Source: Lingula anatina
Lineage: Eukaryota; Animalia; Brachiopoda
Assembly: GCA_051362555.1 (NCBI GenBank)
Contig: CM120646.1
Location: 15,872,001-15,936,000, forward strand
Direction of reading: 5' to 3'
Length of the DNA: 64,000 nt
This document shows positions 1 through 34,951 of this stretch, in pieces (the first letter of the stretch is position 1; every line of letters begins with the position of its first letter). Below the pieces are notes generated by a model. That model saw nothing but the letters and a program-made list of their open reading frames with translations, was not told the DNA's origin and did not search any database. Position numbers and translations under genes: made by a program.

Positions 1-2713
1 ATTCAGCTTTTTTTATTACATCAAAGAAAAGATCACTTCCACCAATTGATGAGCTTAAGTAAAAAAAAGCAGATGCTATAAAAATATACATATTCTGACT
101 TGTGTTGTATGAGTTAGCTTGTTACATAACATGTTTAAAAAAACTGTTTCAGTGATAGTATTATTTTATAGGAACAATTTATGCTGTTGGTATAAATAGA
201 AATATGATGAGCATTTTATTTTTTCAATTATATTGAATTGCTGAGTTTTGTGTGTTGATGGCTGTCTGAGTAGAAATCATAATACAAATTTGTAGGTGTT
301 GCTATTTTAGCGCAGTGCGGGTTCCATGTGTGTGGTTGCGTTTGTTGTACCATATCTCTGCATCAGGTGTGAAGTGAAACAAAAACAAATATCCTTATTG
401 TCAGAAAGGGGGGGAATTGTCTTTTTCCACATTGATGATTGAGTCCTCATTCATCAGGAAACAAGATACTATTGATTTATGATATTTAGGGGAAATTAGG
501 AAAGAAATGAACTGTTTTATGGCACATTTCTGGCAAGGTGGATGTAGGGTGAGGCCTTGGCGCTATGACACACTTGCTCGTAACTAGAGTGTGTCTGTAG
601 CATCAAGTGTCTTTGCCCAGTCTATTGTAATTATTTGGTAGTTGGGAACTATAACACTTGCTTGTGTCTGGATAATGAAAAACAATCATGATAATCTTGC
701 CATTGTTCCAGCAGTGTGGATGTAGCTCATATTATTGCATGTTAGTTCTCCCAGTGTGAAAGGTGCTTCTAGAACATCTCCTCAGCCCTCATAAAAGAAT
801 TTGCTCGAAAAAGTGATTTGCAAGCTTGGCATGCCCAGTTCAGATACAATCTACAGCAGAGTAATGAAGAGATGTAAGAAGCACTTTATCCCCTTTGCAT
901 GCTTTGGTTGATGATACTAATTTCTGCTGGTGGGAATTGTTATCACTAATTCCATTCTTTCAGATCAAGACTGTAAGTGACTTGAGAATTAGATATAATG
1001 TAACACAATGAATGGGCTAATTTTTTTTTTTTTCCATCGTATCCCTATGTACCGGCACTGTATTCTAGATCTAGCCTGCTAAAAATAGTGGCTGGAAAGT
1101 ATAGCAGACTCATGACTGAAAAGCTTGCTAACTCACAAGTATCATGCTGTGCTGTTTGGATATTTCATTTTCTTTTAAAGTGATATACAGACACATGTGT
1201 CTGTATGTCTTATTGTTACCCGTTTGTCTATTTAACATGATTTTCTGTGCCAGTCACTTTGTTGCAAATATATTTTGCTGTTGATTTGCACCTCACATTT
1301 TTGAATTTTTTCAGTGGTTGTCTGTAAATCTTTCAGCTTAGCTGGTCATTTTTTTTATCTCACAAAGTGTGTTTGAATTTTAACATTGTATATTATTTGT
1401 AGGATAATCAGAACCTAATTTTTTAGTATTATATTTTTATTTAAATTTTTTTCAATGGTGAAGGTTTAAATAAATTTGATGTTGCATTCCTCGTTGCACA
1501 TGTAAATAATATCATATTACTCCCATGTGTATATACATATCTTTAGTGGTTGTTTTGAAATTCCATTTGGATTAAAAAATGCCCCCATCACTTAATATCA
1601 AACATTCATTTTGTCTTCTTCAAGATGTAATTTAGCCAGTTTAATATTGAATAGACCAATGGTTCTGTAAGAAATTGTGTTTAATCTAGCATTAAAGCAT
1701 TAAGAGTTCCACACACACAGTATTTTGTGCTTCATTAAAAGCTAGCCATTTTCTCTCAACAGCGTAAAACTTAATTTGAATCCGTGGGATCGGCGGACCT
1801 GGTAAAACTGAGACACTTTTCTTGACTTGCTAGCTTTGTGCTGCACGCATTTGCTATGGTGTTTATATTATTATGTTTTTCATCCTTATATGGTATTACA
1901 GACTTGATTATCCATATATGGTGATCACTGTTCCCTCTATCATAACACTCTATTTGTACACATATATATATAGTCCCAACTTGATAGATATTGCCTTTCC
2001 CTTGTTACAAACTTGTATGTACAGTAAGCAGATTAGAATATTTTCCGCTCTATCTATGGCGGGCTTAGTGTTGGTATGTGGTCTCTTTCCACTAATCTTA
2101 GTGCCAAACCAACCTATATACTACTATACCATATGATTGAATGCTTCCTTCCTAACTGGATATGGCAATGTTTGTGAAATTTAGTCTTTCTTTCTTTGTT
2201 GTGGATAATTTTGTTTTGATTTTTCCTAATTATTTCTTTGTTAGAATTGTTGATTTGTTATTAACCAGTTCTGATAGACCATTGTATGAGTATGTGTCTC
2301 ATTCTGATTGTAATTAGTTGATCATTATTTTTTATATAAATATAGTATTCCTATTTGTGGAACATTGATTGTGTAGTTGTTGTGCACTAATTGACAGGAA
2401 AAAATAGCTGAAAGTGATCTGTGTTTATTTATTTTTTCGTTGTTTGGAATATGACATGCTGTTTATCCCCATCTGAAGCAGACTCAGGGAAATTTTTTCA
2501 TTAAAAATGTGAAGAATGTGATGAAATGCTAGTTGCAGAAGTTTGCTTCTGTATGTGTGCTTGACACTGGACCTATAAGTGGTCACTTGACAATTAGACT
2601 ATCAATTTGACCAATAGAATAGCAGCTTGGCATTGGTTGTCTGGGTGATGGTTGCCTAGTAATAAAATCAACAGGGGGCAAATTATACCTGTTATTTTAT
2701 ATGTTATTTATAG

Positions 2714-14068
<11,355 letters not shown>

Positions 14069-15514
14069 TGACAGGGGATATTGTTAGGACCAGCTCAAAG
14101 ATGAATATTAGACAATACCAGCAACAGATATAGCCTTGCTGATGATGTCTGTGCTCTGGCATGCGGACCAGCAGAAACTAGCAACTTATGTGGCTGTACT
14201 GTTAATTAATGTCAGGGTCAAAAACTAATGGCTACTGCATGATAGAGCTGTGTATTGTGGTGCTCAGGCAGAAAGATTTTCTAAAGAGATGAGGAATGGA
14301 AGGCATGCCGAAGTAAGGTGGAATTGAAAGAATAACATTGTAGCATTTATTCCTCCCGATTGGTGTAAAATAAGTAAACTGTAAGAAATCACCTTTTTTC
14401 TTTTTGTATTCATAAAAGATCCCAGGTGATTTTTCAGGAGTATTTTTTAACTGGTTAAGTTATGAAGAGGATCTTTTTTATATACCCGTTAAAGAAACTG
14501 TTAAAAATGTTGAAAAGCTTCATTGCTTGTTTTGTAATGTGTAATTTTTTATGGTGCAGGCAAGCCATTGATTTCCATGTTCAAGAAGACATACTGTGTT
14601 ATTCTTGAAAATTGTCCAGTATAATGTAGATGTAATGGATTCAAATGAGCCTGTTCTATGCAGAATTTATGGAAAGAAAATCTGTGCAATAAAGTCATAA
14701 TTATGATTTATGAAAAGCTATAAAATGGCAGATGTTTCATCTTTCATTGGTGTATGCTTGGATTTTTCTGGGAAGTTTTTTATGGTAGCGTATGATTTTG
14801 CGGCAAAATGGCCCATAGCACTGAACAAGATGATTGCAAGCTTGTTATTGCTTTTTATATTCAGACCCATTGGGAAGGATAACTGAAATTCACAGAGCTT
14901 TTGTATTGCAGCTTGGAATAATTTTCTTCAGCTTAGTCATTTGTACAGTTGTGATAGCTGCATTTATTTAGTGAATTGTTATCTGAAAGCCGTGAAGAAT
15001 GCAAGACGGTCAATATATTTATGATGTGCAAAATATGTTGTAATTGGTGAGTCACCAAGTTAAATTTTATATGTAATAATAAAGGTCTTCTGCAAGATAG
15101 TTAAACCCACACCATTGATGAAAAGAAATTCTGAGATTTATTTAGTCTGAATTTGCGATATTATAGAAATTCTTTCTTGACATGAGACCAAATGATTTGC
15201 ATTCTGATTAATCCTTTGTTGGCAAGTGTTGGGAAATTTCCACTTTCTAGAATGGAGTCACTAATACTGAGAAGTTTCCTTTCAATTAAGATTGCACTGG
15301 AGAATTATGTTGATTCAGTCCTGATATCGTGTTGATACTGTCTTGAATGTTCTGTGACAGCTTACATTGTATCATACATTCTAAGTAGATGTTGCAAGTT
15401 CTGCTGCAGAACACTGGTTCCCACATTGTATATGGCACCAAATATAAATGAACATTTTTTTTTCATTTAAGAAGGGATTTTTTGTTACGGTACATGTAAT
15501 ATTCAACAAACATG

Positions 15515-15520
15515 AATAAA
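15515..15520 (+). terminator. Candidate AATAAA poly(A) signal of the GPATCH8-like gene
   Basis: AATAAA after about 1.45 kb of AT-rich 3' UTR; an earlier AATAAA lies near 14688. Confidence 0.45.
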
Positions 15521-15778
15521 CCGCTTTATACATTAATGATAGCTTTATTATTGACTGATCTCTACACTTATTTCTCAGGCTGAGAGATCTGGAGTCTCCT
15601 AAGACAGCACAGACAATTCAGCTACTAGTATTGGCTTGATTGACCAAACTTACTCTGAACTCCAACATCTAATCTCTGATGACAATACAAAGTTAGTTCA
15701 CCTCTGTATATACTTATACACACAAAGGACATTACAATGATTCCTAAAGAAAGTTGGAGATACTGAAGTGGATATGCA

Positions 15779-16470
15779 AAATCACCACTATGACAGACTG
15801 ACATAAAATGATATTTTGGGTGTTAATTGTTCAAATTTATCAAGCAATCCCATATGTGACATCCACTTGTGCTTCATTCATCACATAAGCATACAGTAGC
15901 TTATATCCACATTGTCTTAGACTGTGTAAATTAACTAACCAACATATATACAAAGAGCTAACTTTGATCCATTGTGTAGTATATATCTTGTAAGCAAGTC
16001 GGAGATACTGAAGCCAAATGCAGAATTAAGACATAACTAGAGATCTTTAACACAATTAAACTGCCACTGACTTCAACAAGAGTTGAAGCCATTAAGTTTT
16101 TCAATCCTTTTAAAACTTGATTAAGGTTCTTTCCAATTAATAATGTACACTAGCAGATTCATGTAATATCATTATAACTGAGACATCTGAACAATCTTTA
16201 CCAAACATTAATATAATTAGATTTAAATGTCCAAGTTTATATAATGAAATTTGGCCGCGAAATCACCACTATGACAGTAGACTTACATAAAATGATAATA
16301 TTTTGGGGTGTTAATCGTTCAAATTTATAAAGCAATCCAATATGTGACATCCACTTGTGCTTCTTTTATCACATAAGCATTGCTAAGATCTTTGTCTTTG
16401 ACGGTGTAAATTAACTAACCTGCATATAGGAAGTGAAAAGTTACCTTTGATCCATTGTGTACTATATCTT
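15779..16470. repeat. Diverged direct duplication of about 210 bp (15779-15990 and 16260-16470)
   Basis: Both copies begin aatcaccactatgacag and share atatgtgacatccacttgtgcttc and ctttgatccattgtgta. Confidence 0.85.
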
Positions 16471-16792
16471 GAATATGGCACAATAAACCAATTGGTAGTC
16501 CCAGACATTAGACCGAATAAATCAAAGACATTCTGCACTGGTTTTCCCAGCCATGTTTAAATCATGTCAAACTTCTTACATTTCCTAATTCAGATCTTGA
16601 AGGGGAAAAGATTTTTTCTGAAGATTACCTAGCCATGACAGCTCACAACATTTGTATTACATACAGCACTGCACTGTGATACACTACCACACATGATAAA
16701 GAGGTCCTGTCTATGAAGGCAATCAATGTTTTAAATGATAGACCAGCCATTTATAACTTAATTATTAAATCAAAAATGGCATAAAACATTAA

Positions 16793-17017
16793 GGGTGCTT
16801 TCCCAGAGATTTAGATCGATCTAAAGATTAAGATTTAGATCGACCTAACTCCCTGGGCGTTCACGCTCAATTGCAGTCAGCCGAGCGGGCACCATAGTTA
16901 ATTACCCCCTTATAGCTTTTAGTAGGTGGGACAGACGCTTAAGCCGGCCAAACTGACAGTAATCTAGTGAGACTCCCCACAGGGATAGATCGATCTAAAA
17001 ATCTATGGAAATGGGGT
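16793..17017. mobile_element. MITE family A (PIF/Harbinger Tourist-like)
   Basis: TIR core cccagagatttagatcgatcta / tagatcgatctaaaaatctatggaa, preceded by TAA; homologous to copies at 9694, 39991 and 55408. Confidence 0.75.
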
Positions 17018-17265
17018 GTGAGTGTATGGATGGGTTCAGCAATGATTCTTGAACTGGACAAAATTGCGCTTTTCTCAAGTAACATTCACTTTGATGGGAA
17101 AATCCAGTGCAGAGTGTCTTAAATTTTAAGCTTATTCCATTTTAGGTGAAATAACAACATTAAAATGAAGACTGAAAATCTTGAAATTCGGGTACAATCT
17201 TGAAAACTTTCACCCATGAAAAAGTTATTTCAAGTCTGATGTCTGGATTCTATTTTCTTTTTTAA

Positions 17266-19393
17266 TTAGTTTGCAAGCCTAATATAAAGACCGACCGATA
17301 AAGTTACAAACAGGCAGACAAAATCAGTCCCTATGGTTGAACCTAATGAGCGTACTCGGCCGTTGGTGTGTGGTTTTTTTTGGGCTGGTGCATCAGTAAT
17401 ACTTTTGGGTTCTGGTTTCTTAGCTGGTTCTAAAAAAAGAAAACACAGAGAAAAATATCAGAGATAATGAAAGTGATCGCTAGCCCTTGCCTGTCTTATT
17501 AATTTAATATAAGGCAGGGGTGTAGCCACAATTCCCTGGGGTCACTTATGTGCCATCCAAAATTATGTCATGAGCTGGTGGGAGAGCATCCACTCATTGT
17601 CACGCCCTTTACTTGATTACTTAAAGTTGGAAAGATAATATTATTTCTTATCAGACATAAGTGCTTTTGATGCCAAAATTTATTTTAAAATAATTTATAG
17701 CTATAAAAACTGGTTAGAAACTAGGATTGGCTTGCATACCTACAACTACCACTTTTATTGTACTGACTGAATGATGCTTGGTCGTGTAAGAAACCCGGCT
17801 CGTCAAGGTCCCAGCCTTGGTGATAGGATCCATAATGACAACTGTTCTATCGACTAACAGCTTCACATTGTCTGGTACATGACAGAGGGATGGTGTGCAC
17901 TCGAAAAGTTGTCTGGAATGTTCCTCAACCTGCCAATCTATATATACTTGATTAAGTTTGGAGTCTCCTGGTGTGCCTTGATTGATATTGTACAAAGTGA
18001 CATTAAATGGTTCTCCACTCTGTACCTGGATTTCCTTGTCTGTGTTCAGTGAAGTAGTCTTCACCACACCTAGAAATAGAATTGATTTAAGCTGCTAACA
18101 TATGTTATATATATTTGTTTCCCATAACTAGACTTTAGGACACAATAATTGCATGCCCGAAAAGTACATATCTAAGGCAAATCTTTGTAAAAATTGCACT
18201 TTTTACCATGGGTCACGAAATTGTACTTACTGTTCCAATTTAAAGTAACATGAAGCAATTTGAAGACCTTGTTACTAACAAATATTTGGGTAAATTATTT
18301 CACTTGATTTTCAGTACTTTTGCATTATCCCCTCTCTGAATCTCAAATTTTTAATGCTTATCAAAACTAAGTAATGTGGCGACTTTGATCATATCTACTA
18401 TTCAAATAAATTAGTTTGAATTGAATTCTGGGAATTGTCCAACTTATTTTATAATCTTAATCAAAGAGATTACAGCAAATTTTCACAACAACAATAACCT
18501 CAGCTCTCATGACATTGGGAAGGCATAAAGTTTCACGGTAAAAACATCTCAAAATTTGTACATGAATTGCCAAACTAATTTTTTGAGAAGCGGAGACATT
18601 GCTAAAAGTAAGGAAAAATACTGAATATCACAGAGTTATATGGGGGGGGTATTGCAATAGTGCCTAATTTTTTTAAAATCTAATTTGGATCACTTAGTGT
18701 GCAAATTATGACTTTCCAAACTGTCACAGCCAACAAACAGACTGAGACCATGCATTGAAGTCAAGGTGTATGATGCAATCTTCATCATGTCACAAGTGAT
18801 TGTTCCAGTCAGGGGTGTGAGTCACAGAGAAAGGCGTCTTTGAAAATCAGGTCAGAAAATACAAAGTTCATTTTAATAAAAAATACACTTAAAAGTTTTT
18901 TGTCTTATGGTAGATCAGTACGGCTTGTCTGAAGTAGTTCTGAAAGTGTTTTGGGTTCATAGAGCAATCTGATTAACCAATCATGGCGACAGCCGAGTGT
19001 GACCACACCCGCACGTACGTCTTTCATAACAAAGTCAGCACATTTAATAAGATTTAGTACCGCACGCTTTATAAAAGTTAATACTAATCACAACTTATAC
19101 TGGTAATACTGAACAAACGCTCCATCCAAAATATGCACACTACGACTCGCTTCTTTAGAATCCATTCATCAGACTTTTTGTCACCCTGACAAGAAATGTA
19201 TCAAGTAACTCTTGCGAGCCTGCATTCCATAGCGTATATTCACGTAGTTAGTGATAACTAATCCCCGTAATCAATCCTAATAATTACTTCGAGTTTTGTG
19301 AATTATACTAAACATAAAAATTTATTAAAAGCAACTACACTTACCCAAAGTAAAGGAACTTATTAGTAGTAACACCGACGGCCTTCTAGACAT
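17266..19393 (-). CDS. Small (about 180 aa) cell-surface protein: signal peptide, one atypical Ig-like domain, probable GPI-anchor signal
   Basis: Exons 19345-19393 (MSRRPSVLLLISSFTL, donor gtaagt), 17740-18069 (330 nt, phase 1-1, beta-strand pattern GEPFNVTLY..VYIDWQ..AGTLTSRV..TIKVVVV) and 17266-17429 (spacer, then NG and a hydrophobic tail FVCLFVTLSVGLYIRLAN, stop TAA). Confidence 0.7.
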
Positions 19394-19399
19394 TCTACA

Positions 19400-19620
19400 G
19401 GTTTCTCACGTGATATACTGCTAGAACCGGTTTTAAACAATCGGCAATCCTCGGCTCATTCCGCAAGCTCCATACTATTGTCGAGTGCGGAGACATCCGA
19501 GTAGTTCCGAGTGGGTTTTAAACGGAAGTCGTAGATCTAGGGGGTTTTGACAGTAGAGGGCGTTAAATCCAAGACGCGAGTCTCAGATCCACTGCGCGTA
19601 AAATTATGACGTTTAATGGA
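19400..19620 (-). promoter_or_regulatory. CpG-enriched promoter region of the Ig-like gene with an ETS-like CGGAAGT and a CTCF-like CAGTAGAGGGCG
   Basis: Local CpG excess directly upstream of the ATG at 19393; motifs read from the sequence. Confidence 0.4.
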
Positions 19621-20129
19621 CAGATATTCTTTATTGATAAACACCTTTACATACAATTAAGGTACAATCAAAGACAGCACATCTAACTATGACAAAGCAC
19701 AAACAAGTATATATATGGTACTTTTGCAGTATACTCCCCCTACCCTGTAACTTTCACTTTTCAAGCAGTTTTTCAATGTTTTTTTTTTTCATTTTCTTTT
19801 CACCCTTAATGTAAAGGTCGCATATAAATGACGCTATAATCCCCGCCACTGAATCCCCGCCAAATTTTGATCAATGGCGACGAACAGCATATCGTCAGTC
19901 AATGCGTCAATTTCGTCTTGGACCTCTATTTAGGTCCAAGATTTCGTGAAAGGGAAACCTCTTCCAAAAGAGCAAGTCATTTGGAGATTGTATCTTTTAT
20001 CTTTTTTTAAATTTATTTTATTTTATTATTATTATTTTTTGTTTGTTTTTCACATGAATAAAATACTATAAAATCACCAAAAAAGCAAGCAAAAGGATTT
20101 ATTTTCTACAGCATCTGAAGCGTGCAGGC

Positions 20130-20470
20130 CTTATCAGTTGTAACTGGTGACCTTGTCACTTATTACCAGACGGTCATAAGGCTAGTTTTAGAATATGCTG
20201 CCCCTGTCCGTGTCTGGCACTTTGGGTTAACAAATGAACTGACTGCTCTAGTAGAAAAGTCTCAAGAAAGATCGATCGAGCTCTTTAGATAATTTATCCC
20301 GATCTTGAATATGACGCTGCTTGTGTACATGGTAAACTTGAACTACTGAGTGAAAGACGGCTCATTGCATGCAAAAATTATTTATTTGTATATCAAATGA
20401 ACGGGTTCATGGATTGCATTATCTTTTACAACCAAAACAAAATGTCAAATATTCATTAAGGGAACAGGAT
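20130..20470 (+). mobile_element. Degraded LINE (CR1/L2-group) ORF2 C-terminal fragment
   Basis: Translates across frameshifts to YQTVIRLVLEYAAPV / WHFGLTNELTALVEKSQER / IIYPDLEYDAA, the typical post-RT motif IRPxLEYAxPVW. Confidence 0.7.
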
Positions 20471-21325
20471 GTCAGGAACCATAGTGTATAGAAAAAGTGT
20501 AATTAGTACTTTTAAAACTTACATTCATGTTGTTGTATTAACTCAATCAGAGGAAGCCATTGTTTGATAAAATTCAGACAGGGGAAGCCAAGTTGTACAA
20601 GTTGTTCAGATAATGCTTCACACCTTGCAGTTCAAATTTTAATGTCCTTTGTTTCGAAGCCAGTAATCTGTTAAAACTAGATTACATGGTGTTATTAGGA
20701 GTGCCCACCTGGAAGAAGGTGGATTTGTGTATGAAGTAACCAATCAGTTTCTAAGCTACGTGATGGACAGTTTAACTGATAAAGTTTAGTATAAAGAAAT
20801 CTGAAAACTGAAATCTAGAGGAGGATGTTGAGAGAGAAGGAGAGAGAAGTCATACTTGTATCATGTAACTTTTAGTGTAGCAAAATATATTCTGTTGAAG
20901 TTACAACATGGAGTCGTTTCATTCTTTTCCGTGTGCAGAATTTAAGACAAGGAACCTGGGAATCTCCGTAGCAGTACATGTATTACAGATAGCGTTATCC
21001 AAAGTTGTGAGCCCATTGAGCCCAAACCCTGGGGTTTTAATATTATAAAGGGTATTTTATGTAATGTGGGGGCCCCGGGATGGTTTAAGGTGGGTTCCTC
21101 ACAAGGAGACATTCAAAAGACCTAAAATTAAAACCAAACGATCAATGGGAGACTTTTTAACAAGTGCGATATACAAGTTTTAAAATTAACTGATACAATT
21201 TTATTTCTTTTTTTAACCTTGCATTTTAGTCATTTTGTTTTAAATTTGTTTACATGTCTATTAATATTCCGTTATTCTTACTCACTACTGGTTTTATTCA
21301 ACTATGATGCAATGATTGTAATTAT

Positions 21326-21493
21326 CAGGGGCGGATTTAAGCCGTCTTCTGGGTCTTCCAGAAGACGGTCAGATTTTCAAGTTTACATTGAATGGTATCT
21401 ATCTTTTTCTGTCGGAAGACGGTCAAAAATGGAGGATGGATCCACAAAGATAATTTGGAAGACTATCAGAAAATATCTCTGGATCCGCCCCTG
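21326..21493. mobile_element. MITE with CAGGGGCGGAT TIRs and 5-bp TSD ATTAT
   Basis: attat|caggggcggat ... atccgcccctg|attat. Confidence 0.8.
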
Positions 21494-21689
21494 ATTATCC
21501 ATCCCTCAGGTTGCAAGTTTGGTAATAATAATGATTATAATGATAAGTTGCGTACGTTGTCTAAGTTGTGTAAAGAATTGTGTTTAGAAAAGAAGGAGGC
21601 GTGTCCACAAAGGGTTTGTAATTATGCACTCAGGCGTTCATTGACATACAAAAAGAATTGTTAAATTAGAAATGTCACTTCTTTTTTTA

Positions 21690-21885
21690 GATTGGAAGAA
21701 TACAATTAAAAAGAAGTCACTAGTGATTCACTGGAAAGCACAGAAGGGTTAAACTGCACCAGAAATCCCGTATGATGGAATTCCGTGTGTTCATTTGGGG
21801 AGGCTCGTTTTGGTATGACACCTGGGAAAAGACTATGGAAAAAAGAAGAAAGAGGACTATAAAAAGAAGACAGAGAAGAAAATGG
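21690..21885 (+). pseudogene. Decayed exon of a transposon-derived (CaRF/MULE-like) gene
   Basis: Reads IPYDGIPCVHLGRLVLV*HLGKDYGKKKK with in-frame stops; resembles the FDGxPF..C..G.D segment of CaRF-like proteins (recalled, not searched). Confidence 0.35.
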
Positions 21886-22072
21886 TGAATGTTTTTCATT
21901 ACTTACATAATAAAATGTAATATGTGCAAAGCAATGTAAGAATTAAAAATAAGGAGCCGTACAATACGGGCCGGGACTAAAACCATGAGTACCGCCAGCG
22001 TACACACTGGTGGTACTAACTAAAACATGATTCTCACTAGGTTTTTTCATTTAGTTCTTATTTTTCTTTCAG

Positions 22073-22450
22073 ATTCAGTGGTTTGTGCAAGCACATTGCT
22101 GCACTGCTGTTCACTGTGGCTGACCATGTCATGAAACAGGCCACAACAAGGCATGCACAAGTCTAAAACAGGAATGGCACAAACCAACCACCAAGACCCT
22201 CACCTCAGTGCATTCCTTAATGATAATGAAACACCAAAGGCAAAAACATCCATGGCATCTGCCAAGCATCCAAGACATGACGAATTTGACCCTCGTCCTG
22301 AGGCACCAAGAAGAAAAAAATCCATGATTGACTTTGCTAGCTTGGCAGAAGCAACAAATGGCAAAGTCTGTACATATTCTGAGACCATTCTGAAGTGCTC
22401 CATGCAATGAAGCACCTGACATATCAGTCTCATCAGTGAGCATGTCATCA
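22073..22450 (+). pseudogene. Frameshifted SWIM zinc-finger gene fragment of a DNA transposon (ISL2EU/Kolobok accessory-protein type)
   Basis: After acceptor ctttcag: SGLCKHIAALLFTV, a frameshift, then ACTSLKQEWHKP and later FDPRP. This is the SWIM + CTS-x-x-Q-x-W-x-x-P signature. Confidence 0.6.
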
Positions 22451-23005
22451 TCACGCCCCTTCCCATTCCTGACAAGATATCATTTAATATATATTGACCA
22501 GACTTTTATCCTACCTCCTGATCAACGCCATCATGAAATACAAACATTTCCATAGTTGCCACTGACACAAGCATCACCTAATATTTTACTCCCCCACATG
22601 GCTTCAGTTTTGTCCATCCAGTCTTAAAAGCTGTACACCTAACGTTTGATAAAGCCTGGTCTTAAGAACAAGATACTGTGTACAAAGCATATGATACCCT
22701 GTGGTTTAAAGAATAGTAAGAGCATTGATTCAGAACAGATGATCTGCAAACTTACTGATCTGCCAACTAAATATGGCTGACCCCACTTCAAAAGCGATGC
22801 CAAGAATTCCCTGATAGTCTCCATGCCTCCACATGCGCCATTGAACAGACGAAATCTCGGTTCCTAGGATTAATCGCTAGGCCCCTGCAGCAATGGTGCT
22901 TGTGGAGGAGGGGAGATCATCATTATTATTTATAACATAATTATTTATTTCACAACTGTGAGAAACATTTTATTCTTGGATTAATAATATTCAATTTTGT
23001 AATAG

Positions 23006-34363
<11,358 letters not shown>

Positions 34364-34371
34364 TGTACCCT

Positions 34372-34476
<105 letters not shown>

Positions 34477-34777
34477 ATATGTAATGTTACATCAGGCAAA
34501 ACAGAATAATTGTTCGGTTTTTATAATTTTCCATAAATTGCCAATTGTAATTTTTTTTTACCTTTAGAAAATGATATAACAATATAACGCTACATTTTTT
34601 GTGCAAAAGCTATATTTTAGCAGCAGTAATGCTAGAGAGGGGTGAGAAAGGGCCATTAATTCGTCAGAGAGACTAACCATTTTTAGGACAGAAAACCATT
34701 TGTGGAAACGTTACTAATGAATTAAGGCTTTAGCCACTGGACATATCATTCCGTAGTCTTGAACAAGCACTTCGATG

Positions 34778-34951
34778 GGGGGCGTCTCGATAGTCCGAAG
34801 GTTCATTGGTCCGAAGGTTCATTGGTCCGAAAAGTGGTAACATTTTTATCGATTTTCTAATCAAGGGTTCATTGGTCCGAAGGTTCTATAGTGAACATTC
34901 GGACCAATGAACCTTCGGACTATTGAACCTTCGGACTATCGCTACGGCCCC
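34778..34951. mobile_element. Foldback-type MITE with repeated ggttcattggtccgaa subterminal units and 8-bp TSD CTTCGATG
   Basis: cttcgatg|gggggcgtctcgatagtccgaagg ... ccttcggactatcgctacggcccc|cttcgatg. Confidence 0.85.

Noticed and set aside
1873-2136. 87-aa hydrophobic ORF in the GPATCH8 intron
   Set aside because: AT-rich intronic sequence with no motif or clear exon boundaries.
34790-34940. Short repeated units resembling a CRISPR array
   Set aside because: The units are contiguous, have no unique spacers and form the inverted arms of a TSD-flanked MITE; eukaryotic context and no cas genes.
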